From Callorhinchus milii (taxonomy: Eukaryota), in contig NW_024704742.1 in the NCBI RefSeq assembly GCF_018977255.1, forward strand, positions 123,506,001 to 123,570,000: 64,000 bases of DNA, given 5' to 3'. Of this stretch, positions 1 through 10,697 are shown in pieces (the stretch's first letter is position 1; each line of letters opens with the position of its first letter). Both the position numbers and the translations under genes were made by a program. The notes under the pieces are model-generated. The model was not told the DNA's origin, ran no database searches, and was given only the letters and a program-made list of their open reading frames with translations.

Positions 1-560
1 GATCAGGACTGTTTCCGTGCTATGGACAATGCGGAAGCCAGTATGGAGGGGTTCAAAGAGGGAATGGCAAGAAAGAAAGGAGCGGAGCTGTGAGGCGACA
101 ACTCGTTCCAGGACCTTGGAGAGGAATGTGAGGTTAGAGAGGGAGTGGTAGCTGGAGAGAAGGGATGGGTCCAGGGAAGGTTTTTTCAAGATGGGAGTGA
201 TGACGGCTGTTTTTAGGCTGGTGGGAACTGAACTGTGGACAAGGAGAGGTTGAAGCTGTCATCTTACAGATCTATGAAGTTGTCAAAAAAACATAGACAT
301 GCCTATTTCATCCAGTCCCTGTCTTGTCCCCTGCCCTAACCACCATACCTTTGGTGGGCAGGCCTTCAGCCATTTAGCAGTTCTTTGGTACTCCCTCCGA
401 CTTCCTCCCTCTCTCACCTCGTTCAAGGTTCGTCTCAAGATGCACCTCCTTGACAGTGCCTTCAGTCATCGTTCCTCCCCATGGCTCCCATCCCCAGTAG
501 GGTGCCCAGTCAGCAGTGACATTCTCCTGTTGTGAAAGATGCTATATAAATGTAGTTGAT
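1..560. mobile_element. Degraded L2 fragments (RT-proximal piece on -, 1-260; 3' end on +, about 300-560)
   Basis: Similarity to the better preserved L2 copies in this window; tail gctatataaatgtagtt. Confidence 0.7.
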
Positions 561-610
561 CATTTGTGAAGATGAAGAGGTGACCTTTAAAATGGGATTT
601 AAAGATAGAT

Positions 611-1583
611 GAACATAGGAACAGGAGGAGGCCGTTCAGCCCTACAAGCCTGTTCTGCCATTTAATTAGATCGTGGCTGATCTGTACCTCAGCTAATCCT
701 TTCAATTCCAATTTTGCGCTTTCTCCCCATATCCCTTTATACCTTGACCAACCAAAAATCTATCAACCTCACTCTTGAAGGTGTGGATGGATCCAGTATC
801 CACAGCCTTTTAGGGGAGAGAATTCCAGATTTCTACCACCTTTCAGTGAAAAAATGCTTCCTCATTTCACTCTTAAATGACCTGGTTCTAATTTTAAGAC
901 TATGCCCCCTTGTTTTGGATTCCCCTCACCAGAAGAAATAGTTTCTCTCTATCGACCCTATCAAATCCCTTTATCATCTTAAATACCTCAATCAAATCAA
1001 CCCTCAACTTTCTAAACTCAAGGAAATACAATCCAAGTTTACGCAGCCATTCCTCGTAACTTAACCCTTTTAGGCCTGGTAGCATTCTGGTGAACCTACT
1101 CTGCACCCCATCCAGGGTCAATATATCTTTCCTGAGATGTGGTGCCCAAACCTGAATGCAATAATCCAGATGGGGTCTGACTAACGCTCTATACAACTGA
1201 AGCATCATTTCTTCCCTTTTGTATTCCAGACCTCTCGAGATATAGGTCAACATTCTATTTGCCTTCTTGATTACTGTTTGCACCCGGGAACTAGTTTTTA
1301 GTGATTTGTGGATGTGGAAACCCACATCTCTTTGCCCCTCCACAGTTCTTAATTTCTCCCCATTCAGAAAATATTTTGCTTTATCTTTTTTTGGTCCATA
1401 GTGGATGATCTCACACTTCCTTACATTGAATTCCATCTGCCACAGGTTTGCCCACTCATTTAATCTGTCTAAGTCCCTGAATAACTTCCTACTTCCATCT
1501 ACACAACTTACTGAGCCTCCTAGCTTAGTGTTGTCTGCAAACTTGGATATAAAACTTTCTTGTCCTTCATCCAAGTCATTTAC

Positions 1584-1614
<31 letters not shown>

Positions 1615-4600
1615 TGGAGGTCCCAGTTCAAACCCCTGGGGGACACTACTTGTCACTGGGGTCCCTCATCAGCACCACTTTCTTCCACCTCTGACACATC
1701 GCCCATCTCCGCCAATACCTCACCCCAAAAGCCGCCGGAATCCTGTTCCATGCCTTTGTCACCTCTCGGCTGGACTATTCAAATGCCCTCCTCGCCGATC
1801 TCCCCTCCACTATTGTTCACAAAATCCAGGTCATCCAGAACTCTGCCGCCCACATTCTTACCCGCACCAAACTCCGCTCCCCAATTACGCCAGTCCTTGC
1901 CAGACTGCACTGGCTGCCTGTCCCAGAGAGGATCGACTTCAAGATCCTCACTCTTGTCTTCAAATCTCTCCACTCCTCTGCACACCCCTACCTCTCTGAC
2001 CTCATCTCTCCTCACAACAGTACCCGTTGCCTTCGCTCCACTGGGTCTAACCTCCTCCTTGTCCCCCAAATCCTCCGCTCCACCATCAGCAGCTGTGCCT
2101 TCAGCCATTACGCCCAGAGGCTCTGGAACTCCCTTCCTCACTCCCTTCACCTCGTCCCCTCTCTTCCCATTTTCAGGTCTCGGCTGAAGACCTTTCTTTT
2201 CGACCGCGCCTTTGGTCACCTTCTTCCCCCTACCCCTGGTTTGCTCCCGGGATCCGTTACTGTGAAGTGCTCTGAGACATCGTCCAGTGTGGAGGGCGCC
2301 ATATAAATCCAAGTTGTTGTTGTCACGTCCCACCAATCAGAGATCATTCGCTTTATCTCTACCCTTTATTTCCTGCCTCCCAACCAATTACCAAGCCATG
2401 TCACAAGGTTACCTCTGACTCCATGCGCTTCCATTTTCGCTAAAAATCTTTTGTGTGGAACCTTATCAAACGCCTTCTGAAAGTCCATATAAACAACATC
2501 CATAGACACTCCCTCAGCTACCATTTTAGTAACCTCAAAAAATTCAACTAGAGTAATCAGACACAACCTACCCTTTACAAACCCATGCTGACTTCCTTTG
2601 ACGAGCTCATACCTGTTCAAATGTTCAGTCACTCTGTCTCTGACGATGAATTCCAGTATTTTCCCTACAACTGGCGTTAAGATGACAGGTCTGTAGTTTC
2701 TTGGTTTTTTCCTCGCCTTTTAAAAGAAGGGGTGACATTGCAAATTTCCCAGTATAAGGGCACAATTCCCAAATCTAGTGAGCTTTGGAAAATTATGACA
2801 AATGCATCTGCAATTTCCTCTCCTATTTCCTTTAACATGCTGGGGTGGAAACTATCAGGTCCTGGAGATTTGTCTCCATTACCATTTTTTAAAATTATGT
2901 TCACTTTATTAAGCATTTCTCTATGACTTATTTTTAGGTTCCCCTGACCTGCTGGCTATTTTGTCCTCTTCCTCTACTGTAAAAACGGTAGCAGAGTATT
3001 TATTGAACAAGTCAGCCATTTCCTTATTTTCCGTTATGGTCTCACCTACGTCTGTTTTTAATGGACCCACATACCCCTTGACTATTTTATCATACTCTCT
3101 TTTTGTTCCTCTTATTACTTTCTTTGTATCTCTTTGTCGCTTATTGTAGTTCTCCCAGTCCTCTTCATTCTACTTTTTCTTGCATTTGAGTTAGCCTTTT
3201 CTTCTTAGCTTGATACAGTCTCTAACCGCTTTCGTCCACCATGGTTGCTTAACTACACGATTGGAGCTTTTGCATTTTACGGATAGGTACTTGTTTTGTA
3301 TTGTATCAAATACTTTTACGAATACTTCCCATTGTTCATCTGCAGGTTTACCACTAACAGTTCAGCCCAATTTATTGTGATCAATATATTTCTCATCCCA
3401 TCGATGATTGCCTTACTTAAATTTAAAACCTTGATTTGGGACTCTCATTTCTCCCTCTCAAATCCAATGTCAAATTCAATCATATTATGATCACTATTTG
3501 CAAGATGTCCCCTTACTCTCAGATTGTTAACTAGTTCTGGCTCATTACTCCTCACCAAATCCAGTATGGCTTGTTCCCTTGTTGGCTCTAAAACATATTG
3601 TTCTAAAAATCTATCCTGATTGCCTTACTAGAAATGTGTTGCCTTTGCTAGCTGAGGTTTCCTGCTTCTCCCAGTCCATGTGAAAATTAAAATCTCCCAT
3701 TATAACCACACTGCTTTTGCTACATGTTTCCCAGATCTCTGTATTCATACATTTCCCCACTGCATCACAACTCTCTGGAAGAAATATTCTTCCTCCTCTC
3801 TTGTGCGTCTGAGTGTCTCTAACAGTGACTCAAGACACGTACACTTCTCACAGATGTGACCACTCCCAACTGTTGGACTACTCCCAACAGAGTCTCCTCA
3901 TTTGCTGTTCCTTAATTCTACCCACAGTGTTTCCACTACCTGATCGCCCTTACTGAAATCTTTCCTTTCCACTGCTGCAATAGTGTCTTCTATCAATATT
4001 GCTACTGCTCCTCCTTTTCCAATGTCCCTGTCTTTTCTAAAGATCTTATAGCCTGGAATATTTAGCTCCCAGTCCTGCCCAGCTTGTAACCAGGTCTCTG
4101 TAATGGCTACTGCATCATACCCTTAAAGCTGAATTTGTGCTTCTAACTCACTTGTTTTATTTCTTATGCTAGGTGCATTTGTATACATAGCTCTTATTTG
4201 GGTAACTGTCCCCAACATGCCTATATGCCCTGACGGTGTTCTTCTCACACATTTTGACTTGTTACACCTTTTGTAATAACATCTGGACCAATGCCTGCTT
4301 CTCTGCCTCTACTAATGCTACCCTGCTGGCTATCAATCTCACACTCTTCTTCCTGAACCTCTCTATGTGGCGTGGCTATGTTTTGAAGTAAACTATCCAA
4401 GTATTCTTCCTCCTCTCTTGTGCGTCTGAGTGTCTCTAACAGTGACTCAAGACACGTACACTTCTCACAGATGTGACCATCAGGGACAGTCTTACTATCC
4501 CAGTACTGGTGCCAGTATCCCATGAAATGAAACCCCTCCTTACTGGCTTACTATCCACAAATTCCCACATACTGCAGCTTTGACACACTACCTGTGTTGC

Positions 4601-5020
4601 CATTATCACTTTCTAGCTTCTACTCCACTCACGTTCAGGATTATTTATATATATATTTAAATTTACATGGTTTTACCTTTGCCTTTTATTTGTTTTGGTT
4701 ATTTTCCCCTTAATTCATTTTACTGTTAACAATTTCAGGGTAAATCCTCTATATAGGAGTCAAACAAAAGCACCAGTTTCAACTGGTCAGCAAATGTATT
4801 AAACCCCAACATCTTGCCTATGATTGACTGCTAATTGACTTGTTTGCCTGCTTACATATATGGTTGCTCTACCTCAAGAAAGAGTTCCCACTCTTCTGCT
4901 GAATGAAAGAGTTCTCACTTGCTCTCTGGTATCTCTTATGCTGAAGAATTCCCACTCTCTCCAAATTCCTTAACAGAATTCTCACTCTGTTCCACCTCAC
5001 TCAGTTCCCTCCTGATGCTG
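611..5020 (-). mobile_element. CR1 LINE copy 1, near full length and degraded, interrupted by an L2 at 1657-2319
   Basis: RT motifs KFADNTKLG, YMDFQKAFDKVPH, KSPGPDSFHP, LYRALVRPHLDYC; endonuclease remnants at about 3.2-4.2 kb; ORF1 zinc-finger piece HICEKC; CR1 3' end at about 611. The 5' limit is approximate. Confidence 0.9.
1657..2319 (+). mobile_element. 5'-truncated L2 (tail family B) inserted into CR1 copy 1
   Basis: L2 C-terminal ORF2 and (GTT)n tail; TSD TTGTCAC at 1650-1656 and 2320-2326; empty site in the paralogous CR1 at 33082-33088. Confidence 0.92.
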
Positions 5021-5229
5021 CTGGGCTGGCTGCTCAAGGGGGTAAGGCAGAGGGATTGAGGCAGGCAGTTACAGAGTCAGGGGCGTAGTAGCTGAAGTCA
5101 TGACCACTGATGATAGCATAGAAAGGCCAGGGGATGTGCAGAAGGCAGGGGGCGAAAGACAAAAAGCACAGTCAAAGAGGCAATTACGTCAGTGTTTAAA
5201 TATGGGAAAGGAGGGGAGGCTGCAGTTCC

Positions 5230-5420
5230 AGACAGTGAAACTTCCAATTTCATTCAGGGAATTACTGGCCATGAGACTTGGAGGAAACTCCCTTCTCTTT
5301 TTGAATCATGCCACGAGATCTTTAACATCCACCTGAACAGGCGGACGGGATCTTGGCTCAACGTCTCATCCTAACAATGCAGTGCACCCTCAGCACTGTA
5401 ATTAATCAGCCCAGACAATA
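5230..5420 (-). mobile_element. Deu-domain SINE remnant (SacSINE1/AmnSINE1-like)
   Basis: The reverse complement reads ggatgagacgttgagccaagatcccgtccgcctgttcaggtggatgttaaagatctcgtggcatgattcaaaaagag, matching the recalled Deu domain. Confidence 0.7.
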
Positions 5421-5483
5421 AGCTTAAAATTCCCCAAGACAACCTGCTACAAACCAAGCCAGGCTTACACCCCCATACAGTAA

Positions 5484-5675
5484 ATAATAATAGTAATAAT
5501 CTTTGCATTTGAGGTAGCGCCTTATCACATGTTTGAGACGTCTCAAAACGCTTCACAGAACATACTGTAAAGTGAATTCACTATATTTTGGGGGTGAAAA
5601 GCGGCAGCCAATTGCGCACAGCAGTGTCCCATGCACAATTGGGGATTGAAGTGACCGATTTTTTATTATTATTAT
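5484..5675 (-). mobile_element. 3' half of the tRNA-Ala SINE
   Basis: Matches the 3' half of the full copy at 6705-7020. Confidence 0.85.
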
Positions 5676-5917
5676 TATGGGAGAAACACTAGTAGAAATT
5701 CCTCTGCCTTATCCTGTTTAGCTATCTTTAAACTGGAGTAAACAATGGTGGAAACACGTTTTATTTTTATTTATGTATTTATCATTTTATTAATAGCTGG
5801 TGTGGTGGTTACATTTGTCAGGACAATAACACAGCTTCCCCAATAGACCATGTATCTCGCAGCATATCAAATATGATTTAATAATAATAATAATCCTTGC
5901 ATTTGATATAGTGCCAC

Positions 5918-8620
5918 GGTGTCAAAGGAAGCAGAGAAGTTGAGGAGGCAGAGGGAACTCTTGTCTCACATGGTCAGGGTGTCACCTGTGATCTTGACCA
6001 GAGCAGTTTTGGTGCTGTGGGCAGCATGGGAACTTGATTGGAGGGGTTCATGGAGGGAGTGGAAGGAGAGGGAAGAGCAAAGCTGGGAGGCAATGGCTCT
6101 CTCAAGGACTTTGGATAGGAAAGCAAGGTTTGAGAAGGGGTGGTGGCTGAATTAGCTGTGATGGGTCAAGGGAAGGTTTCTTCAAGGTGGGGTTGACAGT
6201 GGCTGTTTTGAGGGGGGGTAGGAACAGTGCAAGATGACAGGGAGAGGTTGATGATGTCGGTGAGTGGTGAAGCAAGGAGGTGGAGCTGGGATTGAAGGAG
6301 AGGGATGGGGTCCAGGGAGCAGATGGTGGGCTTCATGGAGGATATGGTGGTGAAGACAGAGGAGGGGTTGACAGGTTCAAAGGTGTGGAAGGAGGGATGG
6401 ATAATTGTCGGAGTGTGGGGTGGGGATAGGAGGGGGTAGAAGTTGGGGGGCCGGTGGCAGCTGAATGGATTCCTTCAATTTTGGACTCGAGGAAGTCCAG
6501 CATTTTCTCGCAGTAAGAGTCAGAGGAAAGAATCTGCAAGGCTTAGCAGGGAGGGCGGAGGAGCAGGTTGGTTGGTGGTTGAGAACAGGAGCCTGGGGTT
6601 GCCCTTCGCCTCCAGGATTAACCTGGAATAGAAGGAAGATTTGGCTGAGGCGAGAGCGGTAGGTTTTGATGAGGTTCAGCCAGATGTGGGAGTCCCCTCA
6701 TCATGGAGTCCGGTAGCTCAGTGGTTAGAGCACTCGCCTTGCAAGTGAGACACCTGGGTTCAATTCCAGGCAGGGCGAAACCTTGGGCAAGTTTCCTTAC
6801 TCCACACGCCTAATAATAATCCCTCCAAAAACCAAAAACAATAATAAATTGGTCATTTTCAATCTACGACTGTTTGTGGGACATTGCTGTGCGCAATTGG
6901 CTGCCGCGTTCGCCCACAAATATACAGTCAATTCACTTTGCAGTATATTTGGTGAAACACTTTGGGACGTCCTCCCGACGTGAAAAGCGCTATATCAAAT
7001 GCAAGGATTATTATTATTATGTAGCGGTGGACCGTTAGGCCAGATTTGAGCCAAGTGCGTTCTGCAGCCTACACCTGGCCCTTAAGCGAGCAAAGGTGGC
7101 TGGTGAATCAGGGTGAGGATCGGGAATAGGAGGCAGTTTAGGAGATGAAGGGGGCAAGGGCGCCGAGTGTGATGGAGAGGGTGCTGTGGAGAAGAGTAAA
7201 TGCAGCGAGTGGGTTGGTGCGAGAGGTGGGCCAAAGTGGGAGGAGTTCAGAGGACTCCAGGGCAGCGGAGAGGGACTGTGGGAAGATATTCTTCCACAGG
7301 CGGTAGAAGATGGTGGTAGATTTGGAGGCAGTGGGGAGAGGGATATGGAAGTTCAGGAAGATGAAATGGTGGTCAGAGATGACCTTGTCAGTGATGGTGA
7401 CATCCGAGTCGCTGAAGCCCGAGGTGATCATCAGGTCGAGCAGGTGACAGTGGGTAACAGGTGACAGAGTAAATGTGGAGGGAGAGGTTGAGAGAGGAGA
7501 GGAGAACTCTGAGGAGGTGGAGCAGGAGAGGGTGAAGTGGAGGTTGAAGTCGCCTAGGATGATGAGGCGATCGGAGCAGAGGCAGAGGGAAGCTAGGAGG
7601 GTGGAGATGTCAGAGATGAAGGTGGGGGAGGATTTTGGAGGGTGGTAAATTAGGATTTTTAGAGAGAGAGGTGGGAGGGATGGCAGAGGATAAGGTGTTC
7701 AAAAGAGGGGAATGAGCTGGTTGAGTAGGGGGATAGGGCAAGTGATGTCCTGGATATGAAGACCACACCACCGCCACACCAGTTGGGGCGTGGGGCATGG
7801 TGGTAGGTGTAGCCAAGTGGTAGGTGTAGCCGGGTGGCCTCAGTGAAGGGGAAGGTGTCACCTGGGGTGATCCAGGTTTCAGTGAGGGCCATAATGTCAA
7901 TGTTCTCATCGAGGATGAGTTCATTGATGGCCAGGGTCTTATTGCAGATAGAGCAGACGTTTTGAAGGCCAATGCGGAGTGGACAGTTGGCAGGGGGATG
8001 TGTGGGGTGGGAGGGGTGAGTGGATTGGTTGGCAGGGAGGGTGGGGATGCGGATGAAGGAGGAGAGGTTAGCCCCTGGGGTCTGGGCCCGGGGTGGCTTG
8101 CGATGGTAGTGGGGAATGGGGCAGTCGGTGTGGCTGCTGCTGGACAGCCAACGCTGAGTGCCATGATGAGCCCAGCAGACGATTCCCAGGCTGGAGCAGA
8201 GGGAAGCAGTGGGGGTGGAGGGGGGGGTCAAGCAGAGATTGGAGGCGGGGAGGGCGGAGAGAGAGGAGGACAGAGCGGGAGAGTTGCAGTGAAGGGGGCA
8301 TTTTGAGGGAGGGCCAACTCGGGTCGGGGGTGGCAGCCAAGATGCGCTCGCTGTGACGAGAGGCAGCGGGTTAGTGGGACATTGCCAGCCTGCAGGAGGC
8401 TGTGGGGGCTAGAAGTGGCGCAGAGGGCGCTCATTGTGGTTAGCAGTGAGCAGCCTACAGGGGAACGACAGGGGAGACAGTCAGACAGAGGATGGGAGGG
8501 AGGGAGACACTGGTATGAACTATACTATACCTGCTGCCAGGGATTCAAACCTGACGGGCAGAAGTGACGTCACACAGAATGGCAGGAAAATCTGGAAGTC
8601 CACAATGGCGGCTCCCCCTG
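5918..8620 (-). mobile_element. L2 LINE, 5' portion (5' region, APE endonuclease, start of RT), degraded and split by a SINE
   Basis: LQNVCSI...IDIMALTETWI and GGGV APE motifs; ISDHH; N-terminal CSSLGI motif; truncated near the AFDT-like motif at about 5918. Confidence 0.88.
6705..7020 (+). mobile_element. Young tRNA-Ala-derived SINE, short subfamily, inserted into an L2
   Basis: A box TAGCTCAGTGG, anticodon-like TGC, B box GGTTCAATTCC, CORE-like CCTTGGGCAAGT, Deu-like GCTGTGCGCAATTGGCTGCCGCG, L2-type hairpin and (TTA)n tail. Confidence 0.93.
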
Positions 8621-8699
8621 GCCAGGTAATGGCCATCGCTCAATCCCCGAGACCCCGGCCCCACCTCAGGGTCCACGAGACCCCGGCCCAGTCTACAGC

Positions 8700-9121
8700 T
8701 ACTGGTCCCTGCCTCTGGCTAACGCCGGTCCTGATCCCCGAGACACCGGCCCCCCCACTAGCTGTTGCCGGACCCCAGCCCCCGCTCCGGGTGCCTCCAG
8801 TCCCGATCCCTGCACCCCACTGGCTAACGCTGGTCCCGATCCCCGGGACCCCGGCCCCCAACTGGCTAACGCTAGTCTTGATCCCTGGGACCCCGGCCCC
8901 CCACTGGCTAACGCTGGTCCCGGGACCCCGGCCCCCCACTGGCTAACGCTAGTCTTGATCCCTGGGACCCCGGCCCCCCCACTGGCTAACGCTGGTCCCG
9001 GGACCCCGGCCCCCCACTGGCTAACGCTGGTCTTGATCCCTGGGACCCCGGCCCCCCACTGGCTAACGCTGGTCCCGGGACCCCGGCCCCCCACTGGCTA
9101 ACGCTGGTCTTGATCCCTGGG
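8700..9121. repeat. GC-rich minisatellite with alternating units of about 35 and 42 bp (core CCACTGGCTAACGCT...GGGACCCCGGCCCC)
   Basis: About 9 visible tandem copies of GGCTAACGC. Confidence 0.92.
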
Positions 9122-9159
9122 AGACCAGTCCTATGACTCCGTGCCACTGCCTGACTTAC

Positions 9160-10300
9160 CCCCCGCTCGGTTTACATGGGTTTTCGAGGCCCTGCCGCCC
9201 GCTGGCTTGCTGGCGAGACGTCTCAAAGCGCTTCACAGAATATACTGTCAAGTGAATTGACTGTATATTTATGGGCGAACGGGATCGTGAGCGGAGCAGG
9301 TGAGCGCTCGCAGAGCAGAGCAGAACAGAACAGGCTCAGATGGTAACCAAACCCCGATGGGAATCGCCGAGTCCGCGATTCGCTGTAGCCGCAAAGCGCT
9401 CGGCTGATGCTTTCAAAAAAAAACCACACACCAACGGCACCGTATCAAATGCAAAGATTATTATTATTATTATTGCTATTGTTATCCGACAGCAACAGAA
9501 AGACAGGAGTGCTGTGAGTGGCAAGTGGTCAGGTTGCACGTGAGGGAGGGAGTGGGGGGGGTGGGGGGCTCTTTCCCGTACCCTGGGCATTGCTTCTGAT
9601 GGAGACATATATTTTGTGAGTGGGGGGACTGTTGCTGGTGACTGTTTGTAAAAAGCCTTGTGCAGTAGCAGCGACTCGGCAGAGCGGAGGCGGCTTCGCA
9701 TTGCAACCAAACCCCCCCCCCCCCCCCACCCCCGCGGATTCATAGTAGCCGCAGAGCGCTCAGCTGATGGTGAGCCGGTGGGTGGGTGGGTGGGTCGGTG
9801 GGGGAGGGGCAGTGCCGCAGAGCGAGTCTGAGGCGCTGTAGTGGCTCTGACGTGAAGAGGCGACGGGGCGGAGACTACAGCTCCCAGAGGGCAGCGGGGT
9901 GGGGGGGAGGGGGGGGGCGAGTCCGCGCGTGCGCACCGCAAGGAGCCGGTGGAGCCCGGCGGTGTGTGTGTGTGTGCGCGCGCGCTCTGGTTGTTGTGGA
10001 GGCGGATGGAATGTTAGGGTCCCGGGAGCTCGCGCTCCAGGTAAGGCGCTCGCGCTGCCCTGCGCTGCGCTGCACTGCAGCACTGCACTGCAACAAATCC
10101 TTTCGTTTCCTTAATTCGTTGTTCCCCATTGATATGTGTGTTTTTTTTGGTGGGGGAGGGGAGGAGACCCAGGTGCCCGGGTTGCGACACTTGCCCCGCA
10201 GACATTTTCCCATGTGAACGATGTTATGACATTGCCACTTCCTGAGCCAAGTGCCTTGTTCCTCGGCGTCGTTCCTCCAGTCCCTCTCTCTCTCTCTGAG
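9160..10300. promoter_or_regulatory. CpG-island promoter, probably bidirectional
   Basis: CpG-rich. E-box CACGTG 9537-9542, TGACGTGA 9848-9855, GC box GGGGCGGAG 9865-9873, ZNF143-type ACTACAGCTCCCAG 9874-9887, NRF1-type GCGCGTGCGCA 9925-9935, ETS CACTTCCTG 10236-10244. Confidence 0.75.
9940..10040 (+). other. SLC38A9: Probable non-coding first exon of SLC38A9 (5' boundary unknown)
   Basis: Strong donor CAG|GTAAGG at 10040/10041 inside the CpG island, just downstream of the promoter motifs. Confidence 0.6.
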
Positions 10301-10469
10301 TGGTCATCCGTGAATCAATTGGAGAAGTGGAATCACTTGGCCAGACTATTGCACTTCCACATCAAGCAGCAATGGAGTACAGCACCAACCCCCCACCCCC
10401 CTCACCCCACTGATTTCCTGGGCAGGAAGAAACGTTGGGCATATGTTTCTTTCCTCCACAAGCCTCTGT

Positions 10470-10697
10470 TTAACCAGCAATAAGTAAATAGGATTATTTT
10501 TCCGGAGGTAATAATCCCATAGATAAAAAAATAATCCGGCCACTCAATCCGCGACTGTTTGTGGGACTCTGCTGTGCCGCCGCGTTTTGCCCCCAAACTA
10601 TACAGTCAATTCACTTTACAGTATATTCTGGGAAGCGCTTTCAGACGTCTGGAAGACGCAATAAAGCGCTGTATCAAATGCAAGGATTATTATTATC
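10470..10697 (+). mobile_element. 5'-truncated tRNA-Ala SINE (long subfamily)
   Basis: gcctctgtttaaccagcaataagtaaatagg, Deu-like block, then tail. Confidence 0.85.

Noticed and set aside
6705..6777. tRNA-Ala gene (also at 18879, 46383, 53605, 44340)
   Set aside because: There is no proper acceptor-stem 3' strand, and each copy continues into a SINE body and tail, so these are SINE heads
8717..9105. A-MYB sites in the minisatellite (TAACGC)
   Set aside because: Mismatches the YAACKG consensus, so it is only suggestive
8700..9121. CRISPR-like repeat array
   Set aside because: No unique spacers, eukaryotic context and no cas genes; it is a minisatellite
1..9159. DDX4 coding exons on the minus strand
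   Set aside because: No vasa-like peptide found in the small non-repeat intervals; the assignment rests on synteny only, so it is not listed as a feature
9336..10217. ORFs of 201 and 143 aa in the CpG island
   Set aside because: GC-rich chance ORFs with no recognisable domain; the 201-aa ORF also runs through a SINE tail
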